A DNA stretch of 38,384 nucleotides from Octopus bimaculoides (lineage: Eukaryota). Under the pieces are notes generated by a model, which saw nothing but the letters and a program-made list of their open reading frames with translations, was not told where the DNA came from and did not search any database. Each line of letters starts with the position of its first letter. Within the stretch, counting starts at the first letter, position 1. Both the position numbers and the translations under genes were made by a program. The stretch is taken from NCBI RefSeq assembly GCF_001194135.2, contig NC_068988.1, positions 15,316,387-15,354,770 of the forward strand, read 5' to 3'. This document shows positions 12,713 to 21,000 of the stretch, piece after piece.

Positions 12713-14215
12713 ATAACTGCCTCTCCTGTCCATCTCTCGCTACTTTTCCCTTCTGCTAACTTTTAACCAGGTAATAAGTATTCCTTCCCTACACCACCGC
12801 ACATCGTTAATACTTCTCTCTCCCTCTTTTTCCCTCGTCGTCTTTTTCTCTCATTCTTCGCTTCTACCTTCAGCTGACCACGTAACACATTAAGCTTAAG
12901 TGTATTAATACTAATTACATTTCTCTACTTTTTCCTCTCTTCTTTCTCCACTTCTCCCACCCTCTCTCTTACTCCACCTCTCACTCACTCCACCTCTAAC
13001 TAACTAATGTACAACAGGCGAACGAACAAGCAGAATATTATATAAATTATGAAACAAATATTCTTCTTCATTCATTTTCAAACAAGAAAGCAAGGAGCAT
13101 TATCATCCTTGGGCCCCCACACATATGTACATGTATGTATGTATGTATGTATGTATGTATGTATGTATGTATGTATGTATGTATGTATGTATGTATATGT
13201 ATACATATGTATGTTTATGTGTATATTTATGCGTTATATACATATGAGTGTGCATGTATGTATGTAAGTATACACCGTACAGGTTAACGATATGGGGCAA
13301 GGGACGAGGGACCAATCGATTTATTCGATGCCTGCTACAAGTACTTTATTTCATTGAAATTCGGCGGGATGAAAACAAAGTTGGCTTCGGTCGGGTCTAT
13401 GAAGAAATTCGAATCTGCCCTAAAATGATATCAAACAAAAGACAAGAATAATCCCTGGCAATAGAGAGAATGATGGGTCTATGTGGATGCTAGCTCTGCT
13501 AGAAATAGCAAACAAATATCCCCCAAATCACACACTAATGTCGATGGAGGGACACGCTAGATAACGCAGTTTAATCCCTAAAAAATGATAATAAAAATGA
13601 CGAGATGAAAATTAGCTTCTTAAACATAGGAGATCTGGTTAACATTTTGCCTGTGAATTAGTATCGCATCTAATGCACTGGACATATTTCCCTAGTGTCT
13701 ATGCACCATACGTGATACACATTTCCAAATTTTTCAATCATTTGAGTAATTTGAAACTTACGAAACGAAAGCTTTCTATTACGTAGATCGTAAGAAACGA
13801 GGGCTAGCTAAAAATTTGAAAGCAAAGATGGACAAGCAGGACAGGCAAAGGGTTAAATATTAGACCGGCCGATATACAAGTAGGGAAAAATATGTTAAAA
13901 TCTTACAACTGTAGTATTTACGGGGAAAAGGCGTTCTAGAACCCACTTAGCAATTTAGAAGTAGGCCTACTTAGTAGTTTAAAAGAGCCAGTATAGTTTC
14001 TTAGCAACATGAGAAACACTCAAGTCTAAATATTTGCTGACATCTGCATTTGCCATTTTTGTGGCAGAAATAGATGGAATATTTATTGTGTGTATTTATG
14101 TACGTATGTATGCATGCGTGTATGTGTGTGTGCATGTGTGTGTAGTGGGAGGAACACACAAATTTATACACATATACACACACACAATCATTTATATGAG
14201 TGTGTATGTGTATGT

Positions 14216-14271
<56 letters not shown>

Positions 14272-15019
14272 NNNNNNNNNNNNNNNNNNNNNNNNNNNNN
14301 NNNNNNNNNNNNNNNNNNNNNNNNNNNNNNNNNNNNNNNNNNNNNNNNNNNNNNNNNNNNNNNNNNNNNNNNNNNNNNNNNNNNNNNNNNNNNNNNNNNN
14401 NNNNNNNNNNNNNNNNNNNNNNNNNNNNNNNNNNNNNNNNNNNNNNNNNNNNNNNNNNNNNNNNNNNNNNNNNNNNNNNNNNNNNNNNNNNNNNNNNNNN
14501 NNNNNNNNNNNNNNNNNNNNNNNNNNNNNNNNNNNNNNNNNNNNNNNNNNNNNNNNNNNNNNNNNNNNNNNNNNNNNNNNNNNNNNNNNNNNNNNNNNNN
14601 NNNNNNNNNNNNNNNNNNNNNNNNNNNNNNNNNNNNNNNNNNNNNNNNNNNNNNNNNNNNNNNNNNNNNNNNNNNNNNNNNNNNNNNNNNNNNNNNNNNN
14701 NNNNNNNNNNNNNNNNNNNNNNNNNNNNNNNNNNNNNNNNNNNNNNNNNNNNNNNNNNNNNNNNNNNNNNNNNNNNNNNNNNNNNNNNNNNNNNNNNNNN
14801 NNNNNNNNNNNNNNNNNNNNNNNNNNNNNNNNNNNNNNNNNNNNNNNNNNNNNNNNNNNNNNNNNNNNNNNNNNNNNNNNNNNNNNNNNNNNNNNNNNNN
14901 NNNNNNNNNNNNNNNNNNNNNNNNNNNNNNNNNNNNNNNNNNNNNNNNNNNNNNNNNNNNNNNNNNNNNNNNNNNNNNNNNNNNNNNNNNNNGATTCCGA
15001 GTTCGATTCAAGGCAGTGA

Positions 15020-15079
<60 letters not shown>

Positions 15080-18000
15080 CATCGGGAAAATACCTTAGGA
15101 ATGAGAACCCAGGTTCGAAATTCCCCCAGTTCACCTGATGAAGGCTGGAGAGGACATCAGCCGAAACGCTGTGCTAACAACAAACAAGATGAGGACAAAT
15201 ATCGGTCAAATGTAAAGCTGTATAGCAAAAAAGAATATTTAAAAGATTTATGTAATTTGGTGAAAGCGAACGCGGAAGCAAATGGAAGAAAGGAATCTTT
15301 AAATCTCTTGAAATATTTTTCAAACATTATTAACATTACACAGAGTAATATTTGTCTGTCTTTATGCGTATCTAACAACAGGATTTACCCCATCACCTTC
15401 GCCACCAGCCGAGTTACAAACAAAGATATAGAAGTATGTGGTTACCATATTCCAGCAAATGTGAGTATTCATTTCTTCTTTCCTGGGTTATCCTCACAAG
15501 ATTTTAAACCTACTAATGAAAGTTATAGGTAGTTGATATGTTGTTGCTAACTCATTTCATTTAGTGTTATTGAAAAAGGCACTGAAGTCTCAGCAACTCA
15601 GTCCGCCTTACTGTAAGTAGATATCATGTGGAGATAGAGCATACCTCTATGAGCGCAGGGCATAATATATAATAGATTGTGCTCTGATAGTTTTGGAAAG
15701 GGATAGGCTTTACTAAATCAGGTGTCTTTTCCCGAAAAGACAGAGTTAGTATAAAACCTTTAACGATCTGATTCCAAAACATTCTTTCTAGAAACGAACT
15801 CTATTTGTAAATAGGAAAATGATATAATGGTTTGATTCCACTTCGAGATAATTATATGATACAGTTTCGAAACTCAATTGAAGATATCTTAATAAAAGCA
15901 ATAAAAAACAATACGAATGTTCGAGACAACGAGTGAACCCCTCATGATTTACGACTTATTAGGAATAGAGGCTGAATCTTTCTCATATTTTACCATACCG
16001 TCTTTTTAAAAATAGTGGAAAGACGTATTATATAATGTATACTGAGATAAACTTTGATAAGATTGGACGGTCTGGACAGGGTAAAACAAATTCTTATTCA
16101 TCTGAATATATGAACCAGTTTTTATTCTTTGTTAAAACTATTTTACGTGACAAATGTTGTTAAAGTTCCGATTATGTGGAGCTTAACAATTCCATTTGCC
16201 TGTAAATTTTAGACCATTTTATGAGTGATTAAAATAAAGATGGCAAAATCTGTAAAACAGCGGGTCAAATACTTTACAGGATCCAGTGAACATTTCTATA
16301 TTGTGAATTCAAATCCACGTCGCAATCGACTTTGTCATCATCATTCAGCGATCGATATTATAAAGTATGAGTCAAGTACTGAGAGTTGATATAATCGATT
16401 ATCCCCAATATTAAAATGTGTGAACTTGTTTCTATGCTACAGATCTATAATATCGATTAATTAATTAGGGTTGTAGGCTAGTAGAATCGTTACTGCGCCA
16501 ATAAAAATGCTTAACGGTATTTCGTTCGTCTTCACGTTCTTCGTCCACCGACGTCGACTTTGCCTTTCATCCATCAAGGTTGATAAAATAAGTTCCTGTT
16601 GAGCACTAGGGTCGATATAATCGACTTACCATTTCCTTGAAATTGCTGGCCTTGTGCCAAAACTTGAAACCAACATTAATTAATCAATTAAGGTGGCGAA
16701 CTGGTACAATTGTTAGCACGCCGGCTAAAATGCTTAGCGGCATTTCGTCCGTCTTTACGTTTTGAGTTCAAATTCCACCGAGGTCGACTTCGCTTTTCAT
16801 CCTTCCTGGGTCAATGAAATAAGTACCAGTTGAATACTGGGGTCGGTGTAATGGACGTACCCCCTCCTCCGAAACTGCTGGCCTTGTGCCAAAATCTGAA
16901 ACTAATGTTAATTAACTTATTTATTTATCAACAGACCCATGTCCAGTGTAATGTGTATGGTCTAGGACGCAACAGTGACCTTTTCCCACAACCACTGGAA
17001 TTTCGACCTAAAAGATGGATCGGTAATCGTTCTGACAACAATGGCAAAGCCCTTTACAATCTAACATGGGGCCATGGACCTCGGATGTGCATTGGTAAGT
17101 AATTCTAGGATTTGTTGACAAGATGTTTCCTGTCTCCGATTTTCCTTCAAAGTTGTGATATTAAGATTTCCGTATTAATTTTTTTTTCCAAGTACAAACT
17201 TCTCCCCACCTCTCTCTCTCTGTTTCGCTCTTTCTGTATATCTATAATATATGTCTTTCTACACACACACACACACACGCACACACACACACACACGCAT
17301 ATGTGTATGTTTGTATGTATATGTAGGTGTATGTGTGTGTGTGTATGTGTGACTGTACGCGTGTGCGTGTATGCGTGTATATGAAAGTAAGTATAAATGC
17401 ATGAATGTATGAATTAAATAGTTCAAACGATAAAGACGATGAAGCAAATTAAGATTAAGAAGAAACCCAGCCCCACCCCCGCCATCACTCTCCCCGTTAC
17501 CCNNNNNNNNNNNNNNNNNNNNNNNNNNNNNNNNNNNNNNNNNNNNNNNNNNNNNNNNNNNNNNNNNNNNNNNNNNNNNNNNNNNNNNNNNNNNNNNNNN
17601 NNNNNNNNNNNNNNNNNNNNNNNNNNNNNNNNNNNNNNNNNNNNNNNNNNNNNNNNNNNNNNNNNNNNNNNNNNNNNNNNNNNNNNNNNNNNNNNNNNNN
17701 NNNNNNNNNNNNNNNNNNNNNNNNNNNNNNNNNNNNNNNNNNNNNNNNNNNNNNNNNNNNNNNNNNNNNNNNNNNNNNNNNNNNNNNNNNNNNNNNNNNN
17801 NNNNNNNNNNNNNNNNNNNNNNNNNNNNNNNNNNNNNNNNNNNNNNNNNNNNNNNNNNNNNNNNNNNNNNNNNNNNNNNNNTTGTGAGTGTTTATTGAGC
17901 GAAAACACCTAAAGCTCCACGAGGCTCCGGTAGGGGATGATGGCGAACCCTGCTGTACTCTTTCACCACAACTTTCTCTCTGTTGTGCCTGTAATTCAAA

Positions 18001-21000
18001 GGGTCAGCCTTGTCACACTGTGTCACGCTGAATATCCCCGAGAACTACGTTAAGGGTACACGTGTCTGTGGAGTGCTCAGCTACTTGCACGTTAATTTCA
18101 CGAGCAGGCTGTTCTGTTGATCGGATCAACTGGAACCCTCGGTCGTCGTAAGCGACGGAGTGCCAACAACAACAACAACAACAACAATAAAAATGCAGGG
18201 GAGGGCGACGAGCTGGCAGAATCATTAGTATGCCGGGAAAAATGCTTATATGAGTTCAAAATCCGCCGAGGTCGACTTTGCCTTTCATCCTTTCGGGATC
18301 GATAAAATAAGTACCAGTTATGCACTGGAGGTCGATGTAATCGACTTAACCCCACTCCAGCCCTGAAATGGTTGACCTTGTGCCAAAATTTGAAACCAAT
18401 ATAAATACAGGGTGACTGTAAAATTTCGATACATATGCAAGAATGCATATTTTCAATAGTCGCAGGTGTGGCTGTGTGGTAAGAAGCTTGTCTCCTAATC
18501 ATATGGCTCTGGGTTCAATTCCACTGCGTTGCACCTTCGGCAAGTGTCTTCTACTATAACATCAGGTTGACGAAAGACTTGTGTGTGGATTTGATAGACG
18601 GAAACTGAAAGAAGGCTTGTCGTATATATAGGGGTTACCGCACGAGTAAAAGAATCTGAAATTGCAGAAAATGAATCTGAAAATGCAGGAGTCATTCAAA
18701 AGTATTTATTAACTTAACCGGTTTCGCTTATTTAAAAAGATTTTCAAAAGTAAGGTCTCCGCTGTGATGAGTCTGTTATGCCTCAAGCTACTGCTATCTA
18801 GCACCTTCGTATGATCTCTACTCAACCGCTACACAACTGCTACTCGACTGCTACTCAACACTCCTATCACGGCCAGACTACCTCTATTCATATGTCTTGG
18901 GAGTTCCCACTTCTTCGCCTGGCGGCGTCGACACAACGGAGTCAAGAATATTTTACATTAAGATCACGAAATACATTTTTTTACAGTGATAAGAAGATAA
19001 AAATTATTCTACATAAATATATCCAAATCAAGAATAGTCTTTGACAAGATGATAAAACGTGTCTGGTTTGTCAATCATTGAGTGATAAAGTTTTAGTCTC
19101 ACTGTGATCAGATTCTTTTCGTGNNNNNNNNNNNNNNNNNNNNNNNNNNNNNNNNNNNNNNNNNNNNNNNNNNNNNNNNNNNNNNNNNNNNNNNNNNNNN
19201 NNNNNNNNNNNNNNNNNNNNNNNNNNNNNNNNNNNNNNNNNNNNNNNNNNNNNNNNNNNNNNNNNNNNNNNNNNNNNNNNNNNNNNNNNNNNNNNNNNNN
19301 NNNNNNNNNNNNNNNNNNNNNNNNNNNNNNNNNNNNNNNNNNNNNNNNNNNNNNNNNNNNNNNNNNNNNNNNNNNNNNNNNNNNNNNTATATATATAATT
19401 ATGATTTTATACATATGCTGGCCTTGTGCCAAAATTCGCTGGGGCACCGCCTAGAAGAATTTTTAGTCAAATGAATTGATACCAGGACTTATTTATTTTG
19501 TTAAGCCTGGTACTTATTCTGTCAATCTCTTTCGCCGATTCACTAAGTTACGGGGATGTAAACACACCAACACCGGTCGTCAAGCTGTAATGGGAGACAA
19601 ATACAGACACAAAGACACACACACAGACAGACAGACACACACACAGACAGACATACACACACACATTTATATACGTCGAATCTATGGTAGAAGACACTTC
19701 CCCAAGGTACCACGCAGTTAGACTGAACCCAGAACTATGTGATTGGGAAACATACTTGCACCTTCCTGTATAGGTTTGCAATAGAACTCTCTGAGAGAAC
19801 ACGTTGCAATGTCCGGAAACATATAAAACCATGTAAAACTTTAGAGAAACAAACCTAGCTGTTTCTACCAATAAATAATATCTAAGGCAGAACTTTTTCA
19901 TGGATCCTTAAAATACTACTCTGGATCCCGATTTTACTATTTTGCTTGCATGGACCCCCAAAAACCCTACATGGGTCCCGGTTGAGAACCACTGGTCCAA
20001 ACTTAATGGTCACTCTGAATATTATTTGATAAAATATATCGGCTTTCCAAAATACCTTATATATTTTCATATTTGTGCCTATGGTTTTTAATTATGAAAT
20101 ATAATTCTTCTCAAAAGTATGTTTATTTAATTTTGCAGGTCGAAGAATAGCTGAGCAAGAAATCTTTATTCTCTTGACGAAGGTAAATATTTTGAATAAT
20201 CAAATTAATTCTATCAGATTATATACTCGTTATATACTCGAAATACTTATAAAAAAATAATATACAGGGTGTCCACAAAGTCTAGGTACATGGGGAATAA
20301 CACATACTTTAAGAAATTATTATTTCTTATATTTAATTATGTTATGATTTTATTTATTCCATGTACCCACATGGGGATTAACACATACTTTAAGAAATTA
20401 TTATTTCTTATATTCAATTGTTTATGTTATGATTTTATTTACTCCATGTACCCAGACTTTGTGGACACCCTGTATGATGAATTACCTGTCAATTTCCCAA
20501 TGCTAACCTGTTGCTACTGTTGCTAACAGCGGGGTGTTTACTGCCGTGAACCAAAACTTCTGTAACTAATCACTCATGTGCATTATCTCCAATATAATGC
20601 AGAAATATATGAGTTTAAGAAAATTAATTGAAATATTATCGCTAAATTCCCCCTCTTCATTAGGGTGGCAAGCTGGCAGAACCGTTAGCACGCCGGGCAA
20701 AATACTTCGAAGCATTTCGTGCGTCCTTACGTTCTAAGTTCAAATACCGCCGAAGTCGACTTTACCTTTTATCGTTTCAGGGTCGATAAAATAAGAACCA
20801 CTCAAGTACTGGGGTCGATATAATCAACTATCCCACTTCTCATAAATTCCAGGCTTTGTGCCTATAGCAGAAAGGATTATTATTATTATTATTATTGATT
20901 GATTGAGAGAGCAGTGCATGCCATCAAAGTGATACTGAGGTAAAATATACGAAGCCCACTATACCCATCATGACTACCCGTCTGATAAGGGTACACCAGG

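Noticed and set aside
15101-15381. N-terminal 90+ aa of the 143-aa ORF containing exon 7
   Set aside because: Intronic and repeat-derived read-through; P450 similarity starts only at the 15382 acceptor.
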